Assembly (NCBI GenBank): GCA_964354495.1
Contig: CAYHAA010000001.1
Location: forward strand, 364,827 to 396,826
Reading direction: 5' to 3'
Length of the DNA stretch: 32,000 nucleotides
Source of the DNA: an uncultured archaeon
Lineage (GTDB): Archaea > Asgardarchaeota > Thorarchaeia > Thorarchaeales > Thorarchaeaceae
The translations under genes were made by a program, and so were the position numbers. This document shows, piece by piece, positions 1 through 8,043 of the stretch. The notes under the pieces are model-generated. The model saw only the letters and a list, made by a program, of their open reading frames with translations. It was not told the DNA's origin and made no database searches. Each line of letters begins with the position of its first letter. The first letter of the stretch is position 1.

Positions 1-1907
1 CACTGGAAAACGTAGAGCTAGATGATACGAACTTGCGCGCCATAGCGATGGCTTGTGATGCACTAGAAGTCGATGGTGTTCGGCCGGATATCGTGATTAG
101 CAAGACAGCAATTACACACGCTGCATTTCAAGGCCGCACAAAGGTCACTCTTGAAGACATGAAGCTTGCTTCGCAACTTGCTCTAAGTCATAGAACCCGT
201 AGAGGCGGTCTCTTGGAGCCGCCCTCTTCTGGCGATATTGATCGAGCAATAACAAAAGCAGTGGACGTTGCAAAGAAAAACGACCGCAGGAAATCGCCAA
301 CTGAAATTCCCAAGGAGGACGAAGAGACCGCTGAGCAGGGAGAGCGACGAAGCGGAGGTCGCTTTGGCAGGCAATCAGGTTTTGCTCAATTTGGAAGACA
401 GGAGGGCAAAAAAAAAACTCCCGGTAAAATAAGAAGGCCAGAGGGCAATCCCATCAAGGGCACAATATGTGCAGTGATGATGGTTGTTAGTTTTAGCTAT
501 TTTCTCTGGATCTATGCAAGCCCTGTGAATTGGCTGTTTGGTTCCTGGATTCTTGAGTTTCCTCCTCTCCATGTCATCATTATTGACACTATCATCTATA
601 TCCCTCTTATCTGGCGACTCGTTAGGAAATGGCTTGAAGTCATGACTCGGCGAAAGAGCGGACCAACAGCCGGAATCGACACAGTGGAACCAGGTCGCGC
701 CATGCCTGAATCTGGTGATGAGTGGGGACTAGCGACAAGACCCTATGTTCCAGAAAAGCCAAGCATAATTACAGGGCCAAAATCCGACATTAGAGAATCT
801 CCTTTTGGACTGGACGATAGTTTCTTTGTCAAGATGCCTGATATCGACACAGGAGAAGAGATCTTCGATGGTGAAAAGCTCCGGATGAGGGCCATGATTC
901 GCTCTCGCGTCACAACTGGGAACTGGATAAACAAACGAGTGAGCTCACGAGCATTCGGGTCTCTGAAGTCTACTGGTGCAGTGAAACATGGAAGACCTAT
1001 CCGATCCCGAATGCCTGCCCGCGAAATCGAGAGCATACATGTGCCTTCAACGGTAATGGCAGCAATTGTCAGGACCGGTCATGCACAGCATTTGCCGATT
1101 AGAATCACGCGTGATGACCTTCGTGAGAACATGTTTGCTGGCAAGAGCCCTCTTACGATAATTCTTGTCATCGATGTAAGTCTATCAATGAAGGGCAGCA
1201 TGGAGGAAGTCAGGCAACTACTCGAACGCATTGAGGGCGAAACCCGTGGTTCCAAGGATCGAACTGGGATAATAGCGTTCAAGGATAGTGGAGCCGTGGA
1301 AGTTCAGGCTCCTACAACCAATTGGAATAAGATCTACAGAGTTCTAGGCCGTCTAAGGATATCTGGTCTGACACCGCTTGCAGATGCTCTCCGAAAGGCG
1401 TTTGAAACCATTCAGAGAGAGCGAATGAGGAATCCTGACATTGAGCCTTTTGTCATAGTTATTTCAGACTTCTCTCCGAACATCCCGCTAGCTCAGTCCG
1501 TTGGGCCCGGTGACAGTCAATATACCCCCGTGCAAGACCTCATCAGGACTTCTCGAATGTTGCGAAAGGCGAAGATTCGAATGGCCGCTATCAATGTTGA
1601 CCCAGAACAGAGCAAATGGCCAAGATTCCTTGAACGTCCCTATCATGAAGCGCTCGAACTAGCAGCGATGCTTAGAGCTAGGAAAGACGGTCTTGATGAT
1701 CCGATTGAAGCAGTTCTTTCAGTAGACGAGTTTAGGAGATCTTTTGGCGCTTATCTTGTAGCTAAGGCCGGGGGCGGTCGAGCACACCTTTCGCGAGACC
1801 TCATGAAGGAGAAATCCATACTTCGGACACTCTTGCTTACTGGTAGAACTAGGTCGCGATTTCGTGAGGAAGACTTGAGAGAGATTGAAGCGTATCTTCC
1901 AAAATGA
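1..1907 (+). CDS. ChlD/ChlI-like chelatase-family AAA+ protein with internal transmembrane hairpin and C-terminal vWA domain (5'-partial, frame open off the left edge)
   Basis: The frame is open from position 3 (LENVELDDTNLRAIAM...). The segment ALEVDGVRPDIVISKTAITHAAFQGRTKVTLEDMKLASQLALSHRTRR resembles the ChlI/ChlD AAA+ lid. The vWA domain has the MIDAS motif DVSLS plus GLTPL and ISD, preceded by a ChlD-like HGRPIR...DDLRE segment. Two hydrophobic helices at about 465-623. Confidence 0.8.
   Translation, partial: LENVELDDTNLRAIAMACDALEVDGVRPDIVISKTAITHAAFQGRTKVTLEDMKLASQLALSHRTRRGGLLEPPSSGDIDRAITKAVDVAKKNDRRKSPTEIPKEDEETAEQGERRSGGRFGRQSGFAQFGRQEGKKKTPGKIRRPEGNPIKGTICAVMMVVSFSYFLWIYASPVNWLFGSWILEFPPLHVIIIDTIIYIPLIWRLVRKWLEVMTRRKSGPTAGIDTVEPGRAMPESGDEWGLATRPYVPEKPSIITGPKSDIRESPFGLDDSFFVKMPDIDTGEEIFDGEKLRMRAMIRSRVTTGNWINKRVSSRAFGSLKSTGAVKHGRPIRSRMPAREIESIHVPSTVMAAIVRTGHAQHLPIRITRDDLRENMFAGKSPLTIILVIDVSLSMKGSMEEVRQLLERIEGETRGSKDRTGIIAFKDSGAVEVQAPTTNWNKIYRVLGRLRISGLTPLADALRKAFETIQRERMRNPDIEPFVIVISDFSPNIPLAQSVGPGDSQYTPVQDLIRTSRMLRKAKIRMAAINVDPEQSKWPRFLERPYHEALELAAMLRARKDGLDDPIEAVLSVDEFRRSFGAYLVAKAGGGRAHLSRDLMKEKSILRTLLLTGRTRSRFREEDLREIEAYLPK
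408..417 (+). repeat. A10 homopolymer in the linker of the ChlD-like gene (candidate slippage/frameshift site)
   Basis: GGC AAAAAAAAAA CTC at 405-420. TAA occurs at 425-427 in the -1 frame and at 430-432 in the +1 frame. Confidence 0.9.
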
Positions 1908-2090
1908 TTCCTCGGTTTTGCACTCGCAATTAGATTATTAACAGGGGCAGTGTCCTTGACATACGCGCATGGCTGATAGATGTCTTCTGTCATAGTGAGC
2001 GAGGAGAGCCCCGAATGGGTTTCTATGAATTTGCTTTTCATGCACCAGACACAAGTCGTGCGCACCTTTCAAAAAAGAGGAGTTCAATAA

Positions 2091-3101
2091 ATGCTTCCAG
2101 GCAAAGTCCCACCAGATATTCTCAAGAAGATAGTATTCTCTCACCTTGGTGTCCTGGATCCTAGAGTTCTACTTGGACCGCGTCTTGGAGAGGATGCATC
2201 CCTCATTCAGATTGGAGACAAGGTAATTGTTGTTTCAACTGATCCTATCACTGGGTCCGTAGAGGATATTGGATGGCTTGTGGTCCACGTCAACGCGAAT
2301 GATATTGCCACCTTTGGCGTTGCTCCGAGATGGTTGTTGGTCTCAATCATGCTGCCCAGCGGTTATAGACCGCTAGCACTGGCAAAAATAATGAAGCAAA
2401 TAGATGAGGCCTCGAGAGAGCTGGGTATTGCAGTCGTGGGTGGTCACTCAGAAATAACAGAGCGACTAGATCAACCAATCATCGTTGGTTTCATGATGGG
2501 TGTCACTGAGAAGGATCATTATGTCACAGCTAGTGGTGCGCGAACTGGGGATGCAATACTCATGACCAAGACTGTGGCCATTGAAGGTACTGCTATTCTT
2601 GCAACTGAAGGATATGCAACACTCTCTAAGAGCATCGGTGTTGATGTCATAAGAAAAGGTCGCAAACTGAGAGGGCAGATCAGTGTGGTTAAAGATGGCG
2701 TTGTTGCTTTTGCGACCGGGCATGTTCATGCAATGCACGATCCCACTGAGGGCGGCCTCGCAGGCGGAATTCATGAACTGTGTGATGCCAGCCAGGTTGG
2801 TTTCGAGATCAGAAGCGATGACATTCCCATCAGCAGTCCAACGAAACGAATCTGTGAGACCCTCGGAATCAATCCGCTTGAGTTGATATGTAGTGGGTCC
2901 ATGATCATGAGCTGTTCTGCTGAGAATGCGAATGAAGTGATCCATGCGCTTGAATCGGAAGGGATAGCAGCGACACGTATAGGAACAATAGTTAGCGACC
3001 TAGATCATCGCAAGATTCATACTGGTGGTTCATTAGCTGACCTGCCTCGACCCAAGAGCGATGCGCTATGGAATGCTCTCAAGAAAGTCAATCCTTCATG
3101 A
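2091..3101 (+). CDS. AIR synthase-related protein (HypE/ThiL-like PurM-fold)
   Basis: Motifs GEDA, VSTDPIT, VNANDIATFG, GGHSE and MHDPTEGGL are typical of the PurM/HypE/ThiL superfamily. GAGGAG ribosome-binding motif upstream. Confidence 0.8.
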   Translation: MLPGKVPPDILKKIVFSHLGVLDPRVLLGPRLGEDASLIQIGDKVIVVSTDPITGSVEDIGWLVVHVNANDIATFGVAPRWLLVSIMLPSGYRPLALAKIMKQIDEASRELGIAVVGGHSEITERLDQPIIVGFMMGVTEKDHYVTASGARTGDAILMTKTVAIEGTAILATEGYATLSKSIGVDVIRKGRKLRGQISVVKDGVVAFATGHVHAMHDPTEGGLAGGIHELCDASQVGFEIRSDDIPISSPTKRICETLGINPLELICSGSMIMSCSAENANEVIHALESEGIAATRIGTIVSDLDHRKIHTGGSLADLPRPKSDALWNALKKVNPS

Positions 3102-3867
3102 ATCTCTTCAATCGGTCGATTTCCTCATCATGGATGAATTCGATTTTCACTGGCGAAAGAGCGATATTGTTGTTGACCGAAACTTCGTAGGCATCAGTTC
3201 CCCTAGGTGCCTCTTGTTCAATGCCTAGATACCAATAATACGGCCGGCCATTTGGATCAAGCCTGCGCTCCACTTCATTATGCATCCGAACCTTTGTCGG
3301 CTTTGTGATTACCAACTTGCTCTTATCTGACAATTCAGCGGGAAAGTTCAGATTAAGAAGATCAACACCTTCAGGCATTCCTCTGTCCAACACTCTCATC
3401 ACAAGGTCCCGTGTGATTTTGCAGATTTTGCTGCAGTCCTGTGTGGTGCCTGTTGAGTCGAACCACTCTTCGGGCGTTGCCTGGCGTGATACTGCAATGG
3501 CTGGAATTCCACGCAATGCTGCCTCGAAGGCGGCTCCCACTGTTCCACTCGTTAGCATACTCTGATACCCGACATTCGCGCCTGTGTTTGGACCTGATAC
3601 AAGTAGACCTATGTCTTCGTAGAATGACTCCGCAAGTATGATAGAGTCTGCAGGGGTTCCATCATGAGTTACAAAACTGTATCCATTTATGGTATGCTGC
3701 TCGGTGATTCGAATCGGCCTTGTCAATGTGAGCGCTTTTCCAGAGGCACTCTTCTGGACATCGGGAACCATGACGAAAAGCTCGACCTCTCTGCTCAGCA
3801 CTTCAGCGAGTTTCAGTAGTCCTTCACTGCGGGGTCCATCATCGTTTGTTAGGCACACTCTTGGCAA
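3088..3867 (-). CDS. surE: 5'/3'-nucleotidase SurE
   Basis: N-terminal LTNDDG, then QKSASG, DGTPAD, SGPNTGAN...SGTVGAAFEA and PAIAVS. TTG start. Confidence 0.93.
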   Translation of the reverse strand: MPRVCLTNDDGPRSEGLLKLAEVLSREVELFVMVPDVQKSASGKALTLTRPIRITEQHTINGYSFVTHDGTPADSIILAESFYEDIGLLVSGPNTGANVGYQSMLTSGTVGAAFEAALRGIPAIAVSRQATPEEWFDSTGTTQDCSKICKITRDLVMRVLDRGMPEGVDLLNLNFPAELSDKSKLVITKPTKVRMHNEVERRLDPNGRPYYWYLGIEQEAPRGTDAYEVSVNNNIALSPVKIEFIHDEEIDRLKRFMKD

Positions 3868-3992
3868 TCAGCATTACTCCAGTTTTGGAATCAACTGATT
3901 GTACTATGCCCTATTGATAAGAATAATGATATGAAAAAGAGAGGGCTGTGAGAGCACAACTGCTCTCACTCCCGGCACCAGAGAGTTTCTCT

Positions 3993-4163
3993 CTACAAGT
4001 CGTAGGGCTTGAGCGTCTTGCGCTTGTTCTCACTTGTTCTGACAGCGGCGGCACCAAGGATCTCACCGATTTTTTTATCGAGAGCCTCGTAGAAATCACC
4101 GCTCACTTGAAGATTCTTTTTCTTAGCATAGTCTTGAATTGCTTTCTTAACGACAAAACTCAT
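3993..4163 (-). CDS. Short histone-fold protein, 56 aa (face-to-face / truncated-alpha3 type histone)
   Basis: MSFVVKKAIQDYAKKKNLQVSGDFYEALDKKIGEILGAAAVRTSENKRKTLKPYDL has the histone-fold pattern VS..F...L and RKT..P.DL, ending right after L2. Start moved from 4280 to the ATG at 4163, which is preceded by GGAGG (4175-4179). Confidence 0.8.
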   Translation of the reverse strand: MSFVVKKAIQDYAKKKNLQVSGDFYEALDKKIGEILGAAAVRTSENKRKTLKPYDL

Positions 4164-4208
4164 TTTGTATGTTTCCTCCGTAGAGTGCCCTAAATGGCCC
4201 CTAAGTCG

Positions 4209-4216
4209 TATATAAG
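4209..4216 (-). promoter_or_regulatory. Putative archaeal TATA box of the histone gene
   Basis: CTTATATA on the minus strand about 45 nt upstream of the ATG, with a purine-rich AAAG just upstream of it. Confidence 0.55.
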
Positions 4217-4513
4217 GCTTTACAGAGAAGGCAATTATTGGGCGCCTTTTGGCTGTTTTGACGGATTTGCGCATCTTCAACAGTCAGTGCAATTAGTGTG
4301 CAACAAACAGATTCCGATATCTCTCATTCGGTTCCCGAAACAACGATAGTATCCGACTGATTTCTCCTTCAACAGCCTCTTTTGAAGACCGTTGAAATAC
4401 CGCCGCTTGACCTATCTCTCCTTTGTGATTCTGATAATAGGTTTCTCAAAACATCTAAAAGACACAGTCGTCAAATCAACTCTAGAGCTTTAGTGTCAAG
4501 GTGAGATTGAAGC

Positions 4514-5296
4514 ATGAGGTATTCACATGGAATCATCTTTGGTGCGATAATTCCGGGCATCATTTTCTTGGGGGCCGCTGTTATCAAAATCGCTGGCATT
4601 GGTGCAGACGCAGCCATAATAGAAGCTCTTTGGAATGTCTATGTAGTATGGTTCCTCATAAGCATCATTTTTCCGATTAGTTTCCTGATTATGATACGCT
4701 TTGCAAGAAAGGATCTCTTCACGGAGGTCCTGATTTTCATGGCGGGGGGCTTCTTCTTCTTCTCCCCACTCTGGCTGTTCTTTGCAACAGAGATTTCAGG
4801 TGACTCTTGGACGGATCTCTTGCTGAAGGGAATCACTTCCGGACTGATAGGTTTCGGGCCAAGTAGCACGATTGTCGGGATTGGTATTAGCAATGTGTTT
4901 CTAGTGCCGTTTCTCATTCTGTCCGTGATTCTTGGAGTTGTCTTTCTTAACCCCTCCTTTGTAGCAAAACACACCGGTCCTGTGGAACTGCCAGAACTTA
5001 CTGCACTGAAAGAAACAGCCGTGGGATTGGAAGAGGACTCGATTGAAGCCGAGATGCCAGATGTAACTCCCCCAACGACCACTGCCGATAGCGTAGCAGC
5101 CCTCAGAGAAGTCTTGATCGAGTTGGGCACAACGGACCCCGTGATCAATCTCATTCTCAATTCGGGAATTGGAACCATTACTGACCTTGCTGCTACAGGC
5201 CATGACCAACTCTCAAACCTCTCTGGACTTGACAGACACGCAGCCGAGAACCTTCTGATATCGGTACAGAAGCGGCTCTGGTTCAGTGATATTTAG
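4514..5296 (+). CDS. Multi-pass membrane protein with acidic linker and C-terminal helix-hairpin-helix (RadA N-terminal-like) domain
   Basis: About 4-5 hydrophobic segments in aa 1-150. The C-terminus LNSGIGTITDLAATGHDQLSNLSGLDRHAAENLL resembles the HhH_5/RadA-N pattern. Confidence 0.6.
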   Translation: MRYSHGIIFGAIIPGIIFLGAAVIKIAGIGADAAIIEALWNVYVVWFLISIIFPISFLIMIRFARKDLFTEVLIFMAGGFFFFSPLWLFFATEISGDSWTDLLLKGITSGLIGFGPSSTIVGIGISNVFLVPFLILSVILGVVFLNPSFVAKHTGPVELPELTALKETAVGLEEDSIEAEMPDVTPPTTTADSVAALREVLIELGTTDPVINLILNSGIGTITDLAATGHDQLSNLSGLDRHAAENLLISVQKRLWFSDI

Positions 5297-6045
5297 ATAC
5301 GTGATGGCTCCAGAGATACCAACGCATCAAGAGCAACTGTCACAAGATTATCGATGGAAGGTTTTCCTACGATTAACGCTTCCTTTGCAACATTCTCGCC
5401 AATCACAACACAAGCACAGCCTACTCTGACTCCCCGAAGATGACCAATCACAAAGAGCGCAGCTGACTCCATCTCCGTCGCCAATACTCCCACCTTTCTT
5501 AATGTGGCCCATCTCTGACGCATCTTATCATCCTCTGCGACGAAAGATGGATGCTCACTGTAGAAAGCATCCTTGCTATGTCCAATACCGACGTGATATT
5601 TCACTTCTCTCTTCTTGGCTGCATTTTCGAGCGCTCTCACTACTTCTGGATGCGCAATTGCAGGGAATTCAATAGGTGCATATTGACGCGAGGTTCCGTC
5701 ATCCCGAACAGAGCCAGTGAAGATCACTATGTCTCCTGACATGACCTCATTGCTAATTGCTCCAGATGTACCAACTCGAATGAAAGTCTTGCAGCCGACT
5801 CTGACTAGCTCTTCAAGTGCTATGGCCGCAGAGGGGCAACCTATGCCGGTTGAACAGACGCCAACCGGAATGCCTTTCCATGTTCCCCTAGAGCTCCAGT
5901 ATTCACGTCGCTTAGCAATCTGAGATGGATTATCAAAGAACTCCTCGGCTATCTTTTTTGCACGATCAGGGTCTCCAGGTAGCAGGACTAGTTCTGGAAT
6001 CTCTCCTCGGGCAATCCCAATGTGATACTCCTTCTCAGATTCCAT
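5293..6045 (-). CDS. udp: Uridine/nucleoside phosphorylase (PNP_UDP family)
   Basis: YHIG, VLLPGDPDRA, STGIGCPSAAIALEEL, FIRVGTSG, RDDGTS..Y, DAFYSE and TEMESAALF motifs. Confidence 0.88.
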   Translation of the reverse strand: MESEKEYHIGIARGEIPELVLLPGDPDRAKKIAEEFFDNPSQIAKRREYWSSRGTWKGIPVGVCSTGIGCPSAAIALEELVRVGCKTFIRVGTSGAISNEVMSGDIVIFTGSVRDDGTSRQYAPIEFPAIAHPEVVRALENAAKKREVKYHVGIGHSKDAFYSEHPSFVAEDDKMRQRWATLRKVGVLATEMESAALFVIGHLRGVRVGCACVVIGENVAKEALIVGKPSIDNLVTVALDALVSLEPSRI

Positions 6046-6162
6046 GACAAGACCATAAGCGAGGGATACTGGGTGTGAGAAAAGGGTTTCGTAATATACT
6101 CCAAATGTCTGGCCCGTACAAAGGATCGCTTCAACAATTCCTGACCATATTGATGGGTAACA

Positions 6163-7161
6163 TCACATTGATTGCACAAGTGTATCCACGATGTTGTAGC
6201 AGAGATTTGGATGCTCCTTGGAGAAGACCTCGGTGAATACGGTGTTAGATGCCACGATCTTTCCATTGCACATCTCAATCAGCCTCTCAAGAAGCTCTTC
6301 TCCCCTCTCCATGAGTGGAAGCACATGAGCGACTGCCAAGACAACTTCCTTTGCGCCTTGGTCAAGTAGGCGGTCTCTGGCTTTCAGAAGCGTGCTGCCG
6401 CTTTTTGTGAGATCATCTATAACAACGACGTTCAGACCCTTGACGTCAAGGTCTCCGTGCAATTCGACTCTGAAGGAATTCGTTCTACTCTTCCCATAGC
6501 CGTCGATTTTGTATCGTTCTTGTGCTCCTTCATCGGGTGCGACAACAACGCATTTTCCAAGTTTGAACACCTTCTTTGCGAATTCGACAAGATCCGGTAC
6601 TACATCGATTATTCTGTAGAGTCCCTTCTCCTTGAGACTCCGGACCCAGTCCAGACTGTCTGGTGCATGAGGGCTCACGACATGAACCTTATTGCATGCC
6701 TTCGCAATCGTTTCTATAGCCCATCTTGCCGAGGAGACCTCGCCTGTTTCAAAGCACTTGTCCTGCAGCGCAAAGGGCTGGAAAGTGAGCACGACTTCAA
6801 CGGTCTTCGCGGGTTCAACTGGTGTACAGAGATACTGCTTGTGGCCGCTCTTCTCCACTTCAAGAGGCCTTGAGAGCATCTCTAGCAATAGGAGAACTTC
6901 AACGACGCGGTCTGATGTACTATATTGTTCATTCTCAGCTGGACCTGAGCCGGTACAGCTCTGAATCACGATAACCCTCCTCCCGGAGAGTTGAGCTATT
7001 TTTCCTATCTTGACGTAGATGTCTGCATTTGGAAACATACGTTTGCTATCGTAATTGAGGTCCAATGTATAGACTCGGTATCCCAGCTCTTCAAATCGGT
7101 TTCGAAGGTGCTCAGCTCCACTTGCTAGGACAACATCATAGCCTTTCATACTATGGACCAC
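6163..7161 (-). CDS. prs: Divergent ribose-phosphate pyrophosphokinase (PRPP synthetase-like, PRTase fold); start may be the ATG at 7149
   Basis: FPNADIYVKI, VIVIQS, QPFALQDK..GE, VAPDEGA, KSR loop and the PRPP-binding motif VVIDDLTKSGSTL. Confidence 0.7.
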   Translation of the reverse strand: MVHSMKGYDVVLASGAEHLRNRFEELGYRVYTLDLNYDSKRMFPNADIYVKIGKIAQLSGRRVIVIQSCTGSGPAENEQYSTSDRVVEVLLLLEMLSRPLEVEKSGHKQYLCTPVEPAKTVEVVLTFQPFALQDKCFETGEVSSARWAIETIAKACNKVHVVSPHAPDSLDWVRSLKEKGLYRIIDVVPDLVEFAKKVFKLGKCVVVAPDEGAQERYKIDGYGKSRTNSFRVELHGDLDVKGLNVVVIDDLTKSGSTLLKARDRLLDQGAKEVVLAVAHVLPLMERGEELLERLIEMCNGKIVASNTVFTEVFSKEHPNLCYNIVDTLVQSM

Positions 7162-7328
7162 CGAATGTGGCCGAAGTCCACGTCCTAAAGAGGTTTGTCC
7201 CTTAGAGGGATACGAGCGATTGGGCAGCTTGTACCTGTTTCACCCGAATCTGTTTCGCGCGCGATGAAGGAATAACCTAAAATGATGGTCATGTAGAATT
7301 ACTTTGTCACCATAGGTCCGTGCTTTGA

Positions 7329-8033
7329 TTGAGTCTGACTGCGAGAGAACTCCTACAGAGGCTTGCAAATGATACGAGTCTCCCCTATGATACCATAGCA
7401 AAACGCGTCAATCGCAGGATGGAGAAATGCATGGGTTTCCTCGAGGCTGTTCAAGAGATTGCAGAAGAAAACAGACTCAATCTTGCGAAGTACAGCATCG
7501 ATCCTGTGAAGATAGTCGCTGAGGTTGAGAAGATACTCCGTGAGGACTATACTCAGACCCTGATGATTTCTGCTGTTCTTGGGCAAATGGTTGAGGCCCG
7601 AGGAAAGAAGCGCTTTCCTCCTCCTGCATTCTTTGCCTTCATTGAGATACTGTCGACGGTAGCCGATGCACCACATGATACATGCTCTGAATCGTCAACA
7701 GAGATTGAAGAACGTGCAACCCGCATAATCGAACTGATGACAACTCTCGTATCCTTGCTCTGTGAGTGGTCTGAACAGGGGATTATTGGAATCTCTGATG
7801 GGTGTCCTGAGGCACTTCGAGAGATCGCTCGTGCAGTCTTCAGAAAGACAAAACTCCTCCAAGGTGGACTATGGACATGCATCTCATGTGGCAATATTGT
7901 TGAGGCAAGAGAGACCCACGCTCTTATGTGTCTAGAATGCGACAAGAAGATATCCTCCGCCCATAGTATCGAGGAGCGGTTTGGAAAACTGGGAGAGAGA
8001 GATCGCAATGGATACGGATTCACAGCTGAGTAG
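7329..8033 (+). CDS. Hypothetical helical protein with C-terminal Zn-ribbon
   Basis: 234-aa ORF (TTG start) with WTCISCG...MCLEC near the C-terminus. No family recognised. Confidence 0.6.
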   Translation: MSLTARELLQRLANDTSLPYDTIAKRVNRRMEKCMGFLEAVQEIAEENRLNLAKYSIDPVKIVAEVEKILREDYTQTLMISAVLGQMVEARGKKRFPPPAFFAFIEILSTVADAPHDTCSESSTEIEERATRIIELMTTLVSLLCEWSEQGIIGISDGCPEALREIARAVFRKTKLLQGGLWTCISCGNIVEARETHALMCLECDKKISSAHSIEERFGKLGERDRNGYGFTAE

Positions 8034-8043
8034 TGTTTCCGTA

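Noticed and set aside
2091-3101. Selenophosphate synthetase (SelD) or selenoprotein recoding
   Set aside because: It has the same fold but no N-terminal Cys/Sec-x-x-Lys motif. I saw no in-frame TGA interrupting a recognisable gene anywhere in the window.
4164-4280. Basic N-terminal 'tail' on the histone in the 95-aa ORF call
   Set aside because: It would be attractive as a eukaryote-like tail, but this stretch contains the gene's own TATA box and GGAGG, so the real start is almost certainly the ATG at 4163.
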